Assembly: GCA_902797995.1 (NCBI GenBank)
Contig: CADBUX010000001.1
Span: 687 to 64,686, forward strand
DNA from: an uncultured Erysipelotrichaceae bacterium
GTDB lineage: Bacteria; Bacillota_I; Bacilli_A; RF39; UBA660
DNA: 64,000 bases
Direction of reading: 5' to 3'
Below, piece after piece: positions 48,323-59,211 of this stretch (its first letter is position 1; the number at the start of each line of letters is the position of its first letter). Under the pieces are notes generated by a model that saw nothing but the letters and a program-made list of their open reading frames with translations, did no database searches and had not been told where the DNA came from. Made by a program: the position numbers and the translations under genes.

Positions 48323-48369
48323 GTACGGAGCAAGTCTATACTAGATATAGGCGAAGGGAGGATGGATTG

Positions 48370-48678
48370 ATGTCAAATGTTATACGTGTTAAGTTAAGAA
48401 GCTATGATCATAGAATTCTTGACAATGCTGCGAGTAAAATTGTTGAAGTAGTTAAACGTGCTGGTGGACAAGTAAGTGGACCTGTACCATTACCTACTGA
48501 AATTGAAAAAGTTACAATTTTAAGAGCAGTTCACAAGTATAAAGATTCTCGTGAACAATACGAAATGAGAACTCATAAAAGACTGATCGATATCAAAAAT
48601 CCAAGTAAGGAAATTATGGATGTGTTACAACGTCTAGATTTACCTAGTGGTGTAGATATCCAAATTAAACAAAAATAA
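48370..48678 (+). CDS. rpsJ: 30S ribosomal protein S10
   Basis: 102 aa. [27 protein letters not shown]. Confidence 0.96.
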   Translation: MSNVIRVKLRSYDHRILDNAASKIVEVVKRAGGQVSGPVPLPTEIEKVTILRAVHKYKDSREQYEMRTHKRLIDIKNPSKEIMDVLQRLDLPSGVDIQIKQK

Positions 48679-48695
48679 GAAAAGGAGAAAGAAAG

Positions 48696-49481
48696 ATGAA
48701 AGGAATCTTAGGCAGAAAAGCTGGAATGACTCAAGTATTTGGTTCTAATGGTAAACTTGTTCCTGTTACTATCATTGAAGTTGGTTCTAACGTTGTTACT
48801 CAAGTTAAGACACTTGAAAACGATGGATATGAAGCAATTCAACTTGGTTTTGATGATATGCGTGAAAAAGTTACTAATAAACCAAATGTCGGTCATGCTA
48901 AGAAAGCTGGAACTACTCCTAAGCGCTTCCATAAGGAAATTCGAGGAGTAGACATGGAAGCTTATACTCTTGGACAAGAAGTAAAAGCTGACATATTCAA
49001 AGCTGGTGAAATGGTAGATGTTACCGGAATCAGCAAAGGAAAAGGTTATCAAGGGGTAATCAAAAAGAATAATCAACATCGTGGACCAATGGCACATGGT
49101 TCAAAATATCATAGAGGTGTAGGATCTCTTGGTACGATGAGGCCAATGAGGGTTATACCTGGTAAAGCACTTCCTGGTCATATGGGTGCTGAGCAAGTTA
49201 CTATTCAAAATTTAGAAATAATTCAAGTTGACATGGAAAACAATTGCATTTTAGTTAAGGGATCAATTCCTGGACCTAAAAAAGGATTTGTAGTTATTAA
49301 ATCTGCTGTTAAGACAGATAAGAAAAATGATGCTTTTGATTTAATTTCTTATGAAGAAGAAGTAGCTGAAGAAGAAGTTGCAGAAACAACTGAAGAAGTA
49401 GCTGAAGTAGCTAATGGAACTGCTGAAGAAACAGTAGTGGAAACTGAAACAAAAGAAGAAGCTACTAATGAAGAAGCATAA
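48696..49481 (+). CDS. rplC: 50S ribosomal protein L3 with a ~50-aa acidic C-terminal extension
   Basis: L3 core ([19 protein letters not shown]), then [19 protein letters not shown]... Confidence 0.95.
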   Translation: MKGILGRKAGMTQVFGSNGKLVPVTIIEVGSNVVTQVKTLENDGYEAIQLGFDDMREKVTNKPNVGHAKKAGTTPKRFHKEIRGVDMEAYTLGQEVKADIFKAGEMVDVTGISKGKGYQGVIKKNNQHRGPMAHGSKYHRGVGSLGTMRPMRVIPGKALPGHMGAEQVTIQNLEIIQVDMENNCILVKGSIPGPKKGFVVIKSAVKTDKKNDAFDLISYEEEVAEEEVAETTEEVAEVANGTAEETVVETETKEEATNEEA

Positions 49482-49492
49482 GGAGGAAATAT

Positions 49493-50116
49493 ATGAAGAC
49501 TGAACTTATGGATCTTAATGGTAAAAAAGTAAAAGATGTTAACTTAGAAAAAACTATATTTGGAATAGAACCAAATGATGTTGCTTTAAAAGATGCTATT
49601 GTTTTAGGAAGAGCAGCACTTCGTCAAGGAACTCATAAAACTAAAACAAGAAGTGAAGTTTCTGGTGGTGGAAGAAAACCATGGAGACAAAAAGGAACAG
49701 GTAATGCTCGTCAAGGATCAATTAGAGCTGTACAATGGGTTGGAGGCGGAATCGCTTTTGGACCAGTTCCTAGAGATTATAGTAAGAAACAAAACAGAAA
49801 AGAAAGAAAACTTGCTTTAAAATCTGCTTATTCTTACAAAGCTAAAGAAAATAATATCGTAGTAGTAGAAAAACTTTCTGTTGCTACTCCAAAAACTAAA
49901 GATATGGTAAAAGTACTTAAATCTTTATCTTTAGAAAATAGCAAAACATTAATCATTGTTAAAGAATATGATGAAAATGTAATACTTGCTTCTCGTAACT
50001 TACAAAATGTAGCTATTGCTACTGCACCAGAAGTTAGTGCACTTGATATAGTAAGTTCACAAAAATTATTAATTGAAGAAGCGGCATTAGAAGTTATAAA
50101 GGAGGTGCTTAAATAA
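49493..50116 (+). CDS. rplD: 50S ribosomal protein L4
   Basis: GGGRKPWRQKGTGNARQGS motif. Confidence 0.96.
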   Translation: MKTELMDLNGKKVKDVNLEKTIFGIEPNDVALKDAIVLGRAALRQGTHKTKTRSEVSGGGRKPWRQKGTGNARQGSIRAVQWVGGGIAFGPVPRDYSKKQNRKERKLALKSAYSYKAKENNIVVVEKLSVATPKTKDMVKVLKSLSLENSKTLIIVKEYDENVILASRNLQNVAIATAPEVSALDIVSSQKLLIEEAALEVIKEVLK

Positions 50117-50397
50117 TGAATACTAAGTATTTAGACGTTATTAAGGCGCCAGTTGTTACTGAAAAGGCAGCTTATATGGGTCAAGAAAATATTTATCAAT
50201 TTTTTGTAGATCCTAAAGCTAATAAAACTGAAATCAAACTTGCTATTGAAAAGATTTTCAATGTTAAAGTTGAAGATATTAGAACAGTTAATGTTCATCC
50301 TAAAAAAAGAAGAGTGGGTCGTTATACAGGACTTACTAATCGTAAGAAAAAGGCAATTGTTAAACTTGCTCCAGGGCAAACAATTGAATTAAGTTAA
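50116..50397 (+). CDS. rplW: 50S ribosomal protein L23
   Basis: 93 aa. VIKAPVVTEKA. Confidence 0.95.
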   Translation: MNTKYLDVIKAPVVTEKAAYMGQENIYQFFVDPKANKTEIKLAIEKIFNVKVEDIRTVNVHPKKRRVGRYTGLTNRKKKAIVKLAPGQTIELS

Positions 50398-50411
50398 GGA
50401 GGTTTTAGAAT

Positions 50412-51245
50412 ATGGCAATAAGAAATATGAAACCTACCACTAATGGACAACGTGGAATGAGCAAACTTATTAATAGTGAAATAACTACTAATAAGCCTGA
50501 AAAAAGCTTACTTGAAGTTAAAAGTAAAAATGCCGGAAGAAATAATCAAGGCAAAATTACTGTTAGACATCAAGGTGGAGGAGAAAAAAGAAAATATCGT
50601 AAGATTGATTTCAAAAGAAATAAATTTGATATAGTAGGTACTGTTGCTACTATAGAATATGATCCAAACAGAAGTGCTAATATAGCTTTAATAAATTATG
50701 TTGATGGTGAAAAAAGATATATTATTGCTCCAAAAGGATTAAAAGTAGGAATGAAAGTGGTTTCTGGAGAAAAAGCCGACATTAAAGTTGGTAACGCTCT
50801 ACCGCTTATGAATATTCCTGAAGGTACTTTAGTACATAACATAGAACTTAAACCTGGAAAGGGAGCAGAACTTGCAAGAAGCGCAGGAGCTAGTGCTCAA
50901 ATTCTTGGTAAAGAAGGTAAATATGTTTTAGTTAGACTTTCATCAGGAGAAGTTAGAAAGATTCTTGGAACTTGTATGGCTACTGTTGGTGAAGTTGGAA
51001 ATGAAGATTATTCATTAGTTAAATTAGGAAAAGCTGGAAGAAAAAGACATATGGGTATAAGACCTACAGTACGTGGTTCTGTTATGAACCCTAATGATCA
51101 CCCTCATGGTGGTGGTGAAGGTCGTGCACCTATCGGACGTAGTGGACCAATGACTCCTTGGGGTAAACCTGCATTAGGTTATAAAACTCGTAAGAAAAAA
51201 GCGTCAGATAAACTAATTGTTCACTCAAGAAAGAGAAATAAATAA
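50412..51245 (+). CDS. rplB: 50S ribosomal protein L2
   Basis: 277 aa. [13 protein letters not shown]. Confidence 0.98.
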   Translation: MAIRNMKPTTNGQRGMSKLINSEITTNKPEKSLLEVKSKNAGRNNQGKITVRHQGGGEKRKYRKIDFKRNKFDIVGTVATIEYDPNRSANIALINYVDGEKRYIIAPKGLKVGMKVVSGEKADIKVGNALPLMNIPEGTLVHNIELKPGKGAELARSAGASAQILGKEGKYVLVRLSSGEVRKILGTCMATVGEVGNEDYSLVKLGKAGRKRHMGIRPTVRGSVMNPNDHPHGGGEGRAPIGRSGPMTPWGKPALGYKTRKKKASDKLIVHSRKRNK

Positions 51246-51262
51246 TAAGGAGGACTCTAAAT

Positions 51263-51535
51263 ATGGCAAGAAGTATTAAAAAAGGACCTTATGTATTTGA
51301 TAGACTTTTAACAAAGGTTCAAAAATTAAATGAAACTGGTAAAAAAGAAGTAATTAAAACTTGGTCACGCCGTTCTACAATATTTCCTGAATTTGTTGGT
51401 CATACATTTGCAGTTCATAATGGTAATAAATTTATTCCTGTTTATGTAACCGAAGATATGGTTGGTCACAAATTAGGTGAGTTCGCGCTTACTCGTACTT
51501 TTGGTGGACATGGCTCTGACAAGAAAAATAAATAA
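51263..51535 (+). CDS. rpsS: 30S ribosomal protein S19
   Basis: [11 protein letters not shown]...GHKLGEFA. Confidence 0.98.
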   Translation: MARSIKKGPYVFDRLLTKVQKLNETGKKEVIKTWSRRSTIFPEFVGHTFAVHNGNKFIPVYVTEDMVGHKLGEFALTRTFGGHGSDKKNK

Positions 51536-51550
51536 CAAGGAGGCTAAAAA

Positions 51551-51886
51551 ATGGATGTAAAAGCTGTTTTAAGAAATGAAAGAATTAGTCCGATAAAACT
51601 TCGTCTTATGGTTGATTTAATAAGAGGAAAAAATGCTAATGAAGCTTTAAATATTTTAACTAATTATAATAGTAAACCAGCAAGAATTGTTAAAAAAGTA
51701 CTTGATTCTGCAATAGCTAATGCTGTTAATAACAATAATTTAGATAAAGATAAATTATATGTTAAAGAAGCTATAGTTGATATGGGATCTACTTTAAAAA
51801 GAAGGGTACCAGGTAGTCGTGGTGGTGTTGATAAATTTTATCATAGAAGAAGTCACGTTACTATCGTGGTAGCAGAAAGAGCTTAG
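51551..51886 (+). CDS. rplV: 50S ribosomal protein L22
   Basis: 111 aa, position and sequence match. Confidence 0.95.
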   Translation: MDVKAVLRNERISPIKLRLMVDLIRGKNANEALNILTNYNSKPARIVKKVLDSAIANAVNNNNLDKDKLYVKEAIVDMGSTLKRRVPGSRGGVDKFYHRRSHVTIVVAERA

Positions 51887-51897
51887 GAGGTAAACAT

Positions 51898-52554
51898 ATG
51901 GGACAAAAAGTTAGTCCAACAGGACTTAGAATTGGTGTTAATAAAGATTGGGAATCAAAATGGATGGCTCCTAAAAAAGATTTTGCTAAGTATTTAAGTA
52001 ACGATGTTAAAATTCGTGCTTATTTAGAAAAAAATCTAAAAGATGCTGGTGTTTCTAAAATAGAAATTGAAAGAAATGATAAAAAATGTGAAGTTATTAT
52101 TCACACTTCTAAACCAGGTGTAATAATTGGCCGTGGTGGAGAAGAAATTAAAGTTTTAAAAGATAAACTTTCAAAACTTGTAGATGAAAACGTTACTGTT
52201 TCAATTATGGAAGTAAAAAATATTGATTTAAATGCAACATTAGTTGCTCAATCAATTGCTAAACAAATTGAAGCTAGACAACCTTTTAGAGCTGCTCAAA
52301 AGAAAGCTATTAGAGCTGCTATGAAAGCTGGAGCTAAAGGAATTAAAACTTTAGTATCAGGAAGACTTAATGGGGTTGAAATGGCAAGATCAGAAGGTTA
52401 TGCTGAAGGAAATGTTCCTTTACATACAATTCGTGCAGATATCGATTATGGATTTGCAGAAGCACTTACTACTTATGGTAAGTTAGGTGTTAAAGTATGG
52501 ATTAATAAAGGAGAAATATTACCTTCAAAGAGTAACAATGAAGGAGGTAATTAA
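51898..52554 (+). CDS. rpsC: 30S ribosomal protein S3
   Basis: [15 protein letters not shown] domain. Confidence 0.98.
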   Translation: MGQKVSPTGLRIGVNKDWESKWMAPKKDFAKYLSNDVKIRAYLEKNLKDAGVSKIEIERNDKKCEVIIHTSKPGVIIGRGGEEIKVLKDKLSKLVDENVTVSIMEVKNIDLNATLVAQSIAKQIEARQPFRAAQKKAIRAAMKAGAKGIKTLVSGRLNGVEMARSEGYAEGNVPLHTIRADIDYGFAEALTTYGKLGVKVWINKGEILPSKSNNEGGN

Positions 52555-52556
52555 TT

Positions 52557-52988
52557 ATGTTAATACCGTCTAGAGTTAAATATAGAAGAGTTCATAGAAT
52601 TAAATATGAAGGAAAAGCTAAAGGTAATACTGAGCTTCATTTTGGTGAATATGGACTTATGGCTCAAGAAGGAGCTTGGATTACTAATAATCAAATCGAA
52701 GCTGCCCGTGTAGCTATGACTCGTTATATGAAACGTGGTGGACGTGTTTATATAAACATATTCCCACATATGCCTAAGACTGCTAAACCACTAGAAGTTC
52801 GTATGGGATCTGGTAAAGGTGCTGTAGATAAATGGGTTGCAGTTGTTAAAAAAGGAAAGATAATGTTTGAAATTTCAGACGTATCTGAAGAAGTTGCTAG
52901 AGAAGCTTTAAGACTTGCTTCACATAAATTACCAATAAAAACCAAATTTGTTAAGAAAGATGATAAAGGTGGTGCTTTAAATGACTAA
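52557..52988 (+). CDS. rplP: 50S ribosomal protein L16
   Basis: [14 protein letters not shown]. Confidence 0.98.
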   Translation: MLIPSRVKYRRVHRIKYEGKAKGNTELHFGEYGLMAQEGAWITNNQIEAARVAMTRYMKRGGRVYINIFPHMPKTAKPLEVRMGSGKGAVDKWVAVVKKGKIMFEISDVSEEVAREALRLASHKLPIKTKFVKKDDKGGALND

Positions 52989-53187
52989 AATGGAAGAATT
53001 TAGAAAGTTATCCACAGAAGAATTAAATAAGAAAATTAAAGAAAACAAGGAAGAATTATTTAATTTAAGATTCCAACAAGCAACAGGTAATCTTGAAAAA
53101 CCTGTAAGACTTAGAGAATTAAGAAAAGAAGTTGCGAAAATGAAGACTATCATTCGTGAACGTGAACTTGAAGAGGTGAATGAGTAA
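52981..53187 (+). CDS. rpmC: 50S ribosomal protein L29
   Basis: [15 protein letters not shown] motif. Overlaps the end of rplP. Confidence 0.9.
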   Translation: MTKMEEFRKLSTEELNKKIKENKEELFNLRFQQATGNLEKPVRLRELRKEVAKMKTIIRERELEEVNE

Positions 53188-53447
53188 TGAGAGAAACTGT
53201 TAAAAAAGAATTTATAGGAAGAGTTGTAAGCGATAAAAATGATAAGACAATTACTGTGCTAGTAGAAACATATAAGAAACATCCTAAGTATGGTAAAAGA
53301 GTTAAGTATAGTAAAAAATATACTGCTCATGATGAAACTAATAAGGCTAAAATAGGAGATAGAGTTAGAATAGTGGAAACTAAACCTATTTCAAAAACTA
53401 AGAGATTCTATTTAGCTGAAATAGTTGAAGAAAGTGTAATACTTTAA
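53187..53447 (+). CDS. rpsQ: 30S ribosomal protein S17
   Basis: [17 protein letters not shown]. Confidence 0.96.
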   Translation: MRETVKKEFIGRVVSDKNDKTITVLVETYKKHPKYGKRVKYSKKYTAHDETNKAKIGDRVRIVETKPISKTKRFYLAEIVEESVIL

Positions 53448-53460
53448 GGAGGGATTTGTT

Positions 53461-53829
53461 ATGGTTCAACAAGAAACTCGTTTAAAAGTTGCTGATAACT
53501 CTGGTGCTCGTGAACTTCTTGTAATAAGAGTGCTTGGTGGAAGTAAAGTTAAATTTGGTAATATTGGTGATGTTGTAGTTGGTACTGTTAAGAAAGCTAC
53601 TCCTAATGGTACTGTAGGAAAAGGTAAAGTAGTTAAAGCTGTTGTAGTAAGAACAGTTCAAGGTGTTCGTCGTGATGACGGATCATACATTAAATTCGAT
53701 GATAATGCATGTGTAATAATTAAAGATGATAAATCGCCAGTTGGTACACGTGTATTTGGACCAGTTGCTAGAGAAATTCGTGATGCAGGATATATGAAAA
53801 TAGTATCTCTTGCAAAAGAAGTATTATAG
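53461..53829 (+). CDS. rplN: 50S ribosomal protein L14
   Basis: [16 protein letters not shown]. Confidence 0.98.
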   Translation: MVQQETRLKVADNSGARELLVIRVLGGSKVKFGNIGDVVVGTVKKATPNGTVGKGKVVKAVVVRTVQGVRRDDGSYIKFDDNACVIIKDDKSPVGTRVFGPVAREIRDAGYMKIVSLAKEVL

Positions 53830-53839
53830 GAGGCTATTT

Positions 53840-54151
53840 ATGAAATTAAAAGTTGGAGATAAAGTAAGAGTAATGGCTGGGAAAGATAAAGGTAAAGAAG
53901 GAAGAATTACTCATACTTTTGCTAAAGAAAATAAAGTAGTAGTTGAAGGTGTTAATATGGTTAAAAAACATCTTAAACCTAATAACTCTAATCAAACTGG
54001 TGGAATAGTAGAACGTGAAGCTAAGATTGATGCTTCAAATGTAATGGTTTTAGATAAAAAGACCAATAAACCTACTAGAATTTATTCTAAAGTAGACGAA
54101 AAAACAAATAAAAAAGTTAGAGTGGGTAAATCTCACCAAAAACTTGATTAG
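53840..54151 (+). CDS. rplX: 50S ribosomal protein L24
   Basis: AGGAGG, then ATG 53840. [21 protein letters not shown] (KOW). Confidence 0.94.
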   Translation: MKLKVGDKVRVMAGKDKGKEGRITHTFAKENKVVVEGVNMVKKHLKPNNSNQTGGIVEREAKIDASNVMVLDKKTNKPTRIYSKVDEKTNKKVRVGKSHQKLD

Positions 54152-54168
54152 TTGGAAGGAGGGTATTT

Positions 54169-54708
54169 ATGAACCGCCTAAAAGAAAGATATGTTAAGGA
54201 AATAGTTCCAAGTTTAAAAGAAAAACATGGATATAAGTCTGTTATGCAAGTTGCAAAACTTGATAAAATAGTTATTAATATTGGAGCTGGTGATGCTTCA
54301 CACAATTCAAAAGTATTAGATGCTTGTATGAATGATTTAATGGCTATTACTGGACAAAAACCAGTTATAACTAAAGCTCGTAAATCAATCGCAGGATTTA
54401 AACTTCGTGAAGGCCAAAATGTTGGATGTAAAGTTACTTTAAGAGGAGAACAAATGTATAACTTTTTAGATAAGTTAATATCTGTTGCTCTTCCACGTGT
54501 TCGTGACTTTAGAGGACTTTCTCCAAAAGCATTTGATGGTAGAGGAAATTATACTATTGGTATAAAAGAACAACTTATTTTCCCTGAAATAGAATTTGAT
54601 AATGTAGTTAAAGTAAGAGGTATGGATATAGTCCTTGTTACAACTGCTCATTCAAATGAAGAAGCTTATGAACTTTTAAAGGAACTAGGAATTCCTTTCA
54701 GAAAGTAG
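54169..54708 (+). CDS. rplE: 50S ribosomal protein L5
   Basis: 179 aa, position and sequence match. Confidence 0.98.
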   Translation: MNRLKERYVKEIVPSLKEKHGYKSVMQVAKLDKIVINIGAGDASHNSKVLDACMNDLMAITGQKPVITKARKSIAGFKLREGQNVGCKVTLRGEQMYNFLDKLISVALPRVRDFRGLSPKAFDGRGNYTIGIKEQLIFPEIEFDNVVKVRGMDIVLVTTAHSNEEAYELLKELGIPFRK

Positions 54709-54718
54709 GGAGGCAATT

Positions 54719-54904
54719 ATGGCTAAAAAAAGTATGATAGCGAAAGCTAATAAAAAACAAAAATTTAAAGTACGTGAATATACTCGTTGTAATAGATGTG
54801 GTAGACCTCACAGCGTACTTAAGAAATACGGAATTTGTAGAATTTGTTTTAGAGAACTTGCTAACAAAGGACAAATTCCTGGAGTTAAAAAATCAAGTTG
54901 GTAG
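54719..54904 (+). CDS. rpsN: 30S ribosomal protein S14, zinc-binding type Z
   Basis: 61 aa with CNRCGRP...CRICFRE. Confidence 0.95.
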   Translation: MAKKSMIAKANKKQKFKVREYTRCNRCGRPHSVLKKYGICRICFRELANKGQIPGVKKSSW

Positions 54905-54925
54905 GCAAAGAAGGAGGAATTTATT

Positions 54926-55324
54926 ATGGTAGTAACTGACCCAATTGCAGATATGCTTACGAGAATTCGTAATGCTAATGCTATGAAATATAAAGAAGTT
55001 GCAATGCCTGCAAGTAAAACCAAAACTGAAATTGCTAGAATATTAAAAGATGAAGGGTTCATTGCTGATTATAAAATACGTAATGATAAACCTCAAAAGG
55101 CTTTAGTTTTAACACTTAAATATACAAATAAAAAAGAAAGGGTAATTACTGGACTTAAGCGTATTTCAAAGCCAGGTCTTAGAGTTTATACAAAATCTAC
55201 TGATGTACCTAAAGTACTTAATGGATTTGGTATAGCTATCATTTCTACTTCTAAAGGTATTATGACTGATAAAGAAGCTAGAAAAGAATCTCTTGGCGGA
55301 GAAGTAATGGCTTATATTTGGTAA
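54926..55324 (+). CDS. rpsH: 30S ribosomal protein S8
   Basis: [14 protein letters not shown]. Confidence 0.98.
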   Translation: MVVTDPIADMLTRIRNANAMKYKEVAMPASKTKTEIARILKDEGFIADYKIRNDKPQKALVLTLKYTNKKERVITGLKRISKPGLRVYTKSTDVPKVLNGFGIAIISTSKGIMTDKEARKESLGGEVMAYIW

Positions 55325-55336
55325 TAGGTGATTAAG

Positions 55337-55873
55337 ATGAGTCGTATAGGAAATAGACATTTAGCAATTCCAGAAGGTGTTACAGTAGAAGCTAATGATA
55401 GATTAGTTACTGTTAAAGGATCTAAAGGAGAACTTTCTTTAACTACTTCAGATCTTGTTACTGTAGAAGTAAAAGAAGGCATGGTTGTTGTAACTAGAAA
55501 AAACGAAACAATTCCTGCTAGACAAATGCATGGTACTACTAATGCTAATATAAGAAATATGATGATTGGTGTTTCTGAAGGTTATTCTAAAGCACTTGAA
55601 ATAATTGGTGTTGGTTATAGATTTAATCTAAAGGGAAACAAACTAGTAATAAATGCTGGATACTCTCATCCTGTTGAAGTTGAAGTACCTAGTGATTTAC
55701 AAGTTAAGCTAGAAGGAAACAATCAAGTTACTGTTTCTGGTATTAGCAAAGAAAGAGTAGGAGAATTTGCTGCTAATATTCGTAAGGTAAGAAAACCTGA
55801 ACCTTATAAAGGAAAAGGTATTCGTTATGTAGGCGAACATATTAGACGCAAGGAAGGTAAAAAAGCTAAGTAG
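55337..55873 (+). CDS. rplF: 50S ribosomal protein L6
   Basis: [15 protein letters not shown] after AGGTGA. Confidence 0.96.
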   Translation: MSRIGNRHLAIPEGVTVEANDRLVTVKGSKGELSLTTSDLVTVEVKEGMVVVTRKNETIPARQMHGTTNANIRNMMIGVSEGYSKALEIIGVGYRFNLKGNKLVINAGYSHPVEVEVPSDLQVKLEGNNQVTVSGISKERVGEFAANIRKVRKPEPYKGKGIRYVGEHIRRKEGKKAK

Positions 55874-55887
55874 GTAGGAGGTTAATT

Positions 55888-56226
55888 ATGATAAAGAAAG
55901 AATCACGTAATGAAATGCGCATGATTAGACATGCAAGAATTAGAAAACAAATCATAGGAACTAAAGATATACCTAGACTTAATGTTTATCGTTCTAATAA
56001 AAATATTTATGTTCAACTTATTGACGATGAAAATGGAGTTACTTTAGCTTCTGCATCTGTTAAAGGGAAAAATATAGAAGCTGCTACTAAAGTAGGAGAG
56101 TCTATAGCTAAAGAAGCTAAGAAGTTAAAAATTAGCAAAGTAGTATTTGATCGTTCAGGTTACCTATATCATGGACGTGTTAAAGCGGTTGCTGATGCTG
56201 CCCGTGAAAATGGTTTAGAATTTTAA
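55888..56226 (+). CDS. rplR: 50S ribosomal protein L18
   Basis: [18 protein letters not shown]. Confidence 0.94.
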   Translation: MIKKESRNEMRMIRHARIRKQIIGTKDIPRLNVYRSNKNIYVQLIDDENGVTLASASVKGKNIEAATKVGESIAKEAKKLKISKVVFDRSGYLYHGRVKAVADAARENGLEF

Positions 56227-56242
56227 TAGGAGGTAAAGAGTT

Positions 56243-56824
56243 ATGGAAAAAGAAAATAACAAAACTAATTCTGAAAGAAAAGATAACAATCAAAGAAATC
56301 ATAACAGAAAAGATAACAGAAGAAGACAAAATAACCGTCCTACTAAAATGTATGATGAAATCGTATTAGATACTAAAGCTGTTGTTAAGGTAACAAAAGG
56401 TGGACGTCAAAGAAGATTTCAAGCTGTTGTTTTAGTAGGAGATAAAAAGGGTCTTGTTGGTTTAGGTATAGGAAAAGCTAATGAAATTTCAGAAGCTGTT
56501 AAAAAAGCAAGACAAGATGCTGGGAAGAATATTGTTAGAGTTTCTATCGTGGATAATAGAACTATTGCTCATGAAGTCACAATGGATGAAGGAGCAACTA
56601 AAGTTATTATTAAACCTGCAAGTGCTGGTACAGGACTAGTTGCAGGTAGTGCTGTTAGATCAGTACTTGAAATTGCTGGATATCATGATATTATTTCTAA
56701 GTCTTTAGGAGCTAGAAGTAAAATTAATATGGCTAGAGCTACTATTAATGCACTTTTATCTATTAAGACTATAGAACAAGTCCAAGAAGAACGTGGAAAA
56801 ACTAGAGAGGAGATTTTAGGATAA
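56243..56824 (+). CDS. rpsE: 30S ribosomal protein S5 with an Asn/Arg-rich N-terminal extension
   Basis: S5 core [14 protein letters not shown] strong AGGAGG supports the upstream start. Confidence 0.93.
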   Translation: MEKENNKTNSERKDNNQRNHNRKDNRRRQNNRPTKMYDEIVLDTKAVVKVTKGGRQRRFQAVVLVGDKKGLVGLGIGKANEISEAVKKARQDAGKNIVRVSIVDNRTIAHEVTMDEGATKVIIKPASAGTGLVAGSAVRSVLEIAGYHDIISKSLGARSKINMARATINALLSIKTIEQVQEERGKTREEILG

Positions 56825-57267
56825 TGGAACTTAATAATTTACCTAAAAATGCAGGATCTACTCATAGAGGTAAAAGAGTAGGACGTGGACCTGGATCTGG
56901 TCTTGGAAAAACTAGTGGACGCGGAGAAAACGGACAAAAATCAAGAAGCGGTGCTTCTATTCCAGCAGTATTTGAAGGTGGACAAACTCCACTATTTAGA
57001 AGACTTCATAAAAGAGGATTTTCTAATGCTAAATTTAAAACTAGATATGCTAGTATTAATGTTAGTGATTTAAATAGATTTAAAGATGGAGAAGTTGTTA
57101 CTCCTGAACTATTAAAAGAACTTGGAATGGTTAAAAAACAACTTTCTGGTATTAAAGTTCTTGGTAATGGTACTTTAGAAAAGAAACTAACAATAAAAGC
57201 ACATAGATTTACACAAAGTGCTCTTAAGAAAATAGAAGAGTCAGGAAGTAAAGCTGAGGTGATTTAA
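56824..57267 (+). CDS. rplO: 50S ribosomal protein L15
   Basis: [20 protein letters not shown] overlap with rpsE, so there is no rpmD gene here. Confidence 0.96.
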   Translation: MELNNLPKNAGSTHRGKRVGRGPGSGLGKTSGRGENGQKSRSGASIPAVFEGGQTPLFRRLHKRGFSNAKFKTRYASINVSDLNRFKDGEVVTPELLKELGMVKKQLSGIKVLGNGTLEKKLTIKAHRFTQSALKKIEESGSKAEVI

Positions 57268-57268
57268 G

Positions 57269-58570
57269 ATGTTTAAAACACTTAAACAGCTATTTACTAA
57301 AAAGAATAATAAAGATTTAAGAAAAAGATTATATTTTACAATAGCAGTACTTACTCTATATATAATAGGTATAGGAATACAGGTTCCAAATATTAATTTA
57401 AATGACCAAATTGGTGCTCTAGGTTTCTTGGAACTACTTGATGTAATGGGTGGTGGAGGACTTAAGAGATTTTCAATCTTTGGTCTAGGAGTTGTTCCTT
57501 ACATCACTGCTTCAATCGTTATTCAATTATTACAAATGGATATAATTCCATATTTCTCTGATCTTGCTAAACAAGGTCATACAGGAAAACAAAAACTTAA
57601 TCAAATTACAAGATTCTTAGGTATTGCTTTTGCATTATTCCAAGGATTTGCAATGAGTTATATTTTCCTAAATCAAGGATATTCAATTATTGAAAGACTT
57701 GAAGTAGCATTTATTATGACTGCAGGTACAGCATTTCTATTATGGTTAGGTGATCAAGTTACTCAGAAGGGATTTGGTAATGGTACATCTCTAATCATCA
57801 TGGCTGGTATCTTGTCATCACTACCTTATACTATGAAGACTGCATTTACTACTTTGATTGATTTAGGTGGCAGTAAAAGTGCTATTATATCAGGAATAGC
57901 AAGTTTTGCATTGTTCCTATTAGTATGTATTCTAGTAGTTATAGCTGTTATATTTGTAGAAGGTGCTGCAAGAAGAATAAGTATTCAATATGCTAATAAG
58001 TCTACTGCTAATTTAGGTAAACAGACTTATATGCCTATTAAGATAAATTCTGCAGGTGTTATACCAGTAATCTTTGCATCAAGTTTATTGGCAGTACCTG
58101 TAACTATTGCACAGTTTGTTAAGAATGAATCTTTCTCTAATTTTGTTAATACTTATATTAGTTATACAACTCCAGTAGGACTTATACTTTATATAATATT
58201 TATCGTATTCTTTGATTACTTTTATACTTTTATTCAAATGAAACCTGAAGATATGGCTAAGAATTTAAAAGATAATGGTGGTTATGTTCCAGGTATTAGA
58301 CCTGGTAAGGATACTGAAAAGTATTTTTCTAGTATGTTAATTAAGTTAACTACTGCAGGTTCAGTATTTTTAGCGATAATTGCTGCTTTCCCAATACTTC
58401 TTAATATGCTTACTAAGTTACCATCATCAGTATCTATTGGTGGTACAAGTTTATTAATAGTTGTTGGTGTTTCTGTTGAAACATATAAACAAATGGAAAG
58501 TGCATTACTTTCAAGAGAATATACCAGTAGTAATACAAGTACTAGAGGCAAGAGGAGAGCAAGAAGATAA
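57269..58570 (+). CDS. secY: preprotein translocase subunit SecY
   Basis: 433 aa, 10 TM segments, position and sequence match. Confidence 0.98.
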   Translation: MFKTLKQLFTKKNNKDLRKRLYFTIAVLTLYIIGIGIQVPNINLNDQIGALGFLELLDVMGGGGLKRFSIFGLGVVPYITASIVIQLLQMDIIPYFSDLAKQGHTGKQKLNQITRFLGIAFALFQGFAMSYIFLNQGYSIIERLEVAFIMTAGTAFLLWLGDQVTQKGFGNGTSLIIMAGILSSLPYTMKTAFTTLIDLGGSKSAIISGIASFALFLLVCILVVIAVIFVEGAARRISIQYANKSTANLGKQTYMPIKINSAGVIPVIFASSLLAVPVTIAQFVKNESFSNFVNTYISYTTPVGLILYIIFIVFFDYFYTFIQMKPEDMAKNLKDNGGYVPGIRPGKDTEKYFSSMLIKLTTAGSVFLAIIAAFPILLNMLTKLPSSVSIGGTSLLIVVGVSVETYKQMESALLSREYTSSNTSTRGKRRARR

Positions 58571-59211
58571 TGCAAAACATTATATTACTTGCGCCCCCTG
58601 CTGCTGGTAAGGGAACACTTGCTAATTACTTATGTGAAAAGTTTGGTTATGTTTCTATATCTACTGGTGATCTTCTAAGGGAAGAGGCTAAAAAGAATAA
58701 AGAATTAGAGAAGCTTATGCATAGTGGAAAGCTTATTGATGATAACATAGTTTTTGAACTTTTAAAGGCTAAGCTAAATAAATTAGGAAATACTCCATAT
58801 ATTTTGGATGGTTTTCCTAGAACAGAAAGTCAAGCTGTTATGTATGGTGAACTTATTCAAAATATGAGTAAAAAGCTTGGAGTTGTAATTTATTTAGATG
58901 TAGATAAGAATGAGTTAAAAACTAGAGTTACAACTAGACTAATTTGTCCGAATTGTAAAGCAACTTATTCTATTAGAGAAAAAAGACTTGCTCCAAAAAA
59001 AGATTTTGTGTGTGATAAGTGTGAATCTAAACTTATACAAAGAGAGGATGATAAGGAAGAAATTTTTGATAAGAGGTATGAAGAGTATTTAACTAGTACT
59101 TCTCCTTTAATAGATTATTATGATTCTAAAGGTGTACTTGTTAAGATTAGTGATACTGATATGTCTTTAGTTTTTGAAAAGGTTTCTTCTTTGGTGAATA
59201 ATAATGATTAG
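58570..59211 (+). CDS. adk: adenylate kinase (zinc-lid type) with an atypical P-loop
   Basis: [13 protein letters not shown], lid CPNC...CDKC. The P-loop reads APPAAGKGT instead of GPPGAGKGT. Confidence 0.9.
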   Translation: MQNIILLAPPAAGKGTLANYLCEKFGYVSISTGDLLREEAKKNKELEKLMHSGKLIDDNIVFELLKAKLNKLGNTPYILDGFPRTESQAVMYGELIQNMSKKLGVVIYLDVDKNELKTRVTTRLICPNCKATYSIREKRLAPKKDFVCDKCESKLIQREDDKEEIFDKRYEEYLTSTSPLIDYYDSKGVLVKISDTDMSLVFEKVSSLVNNND

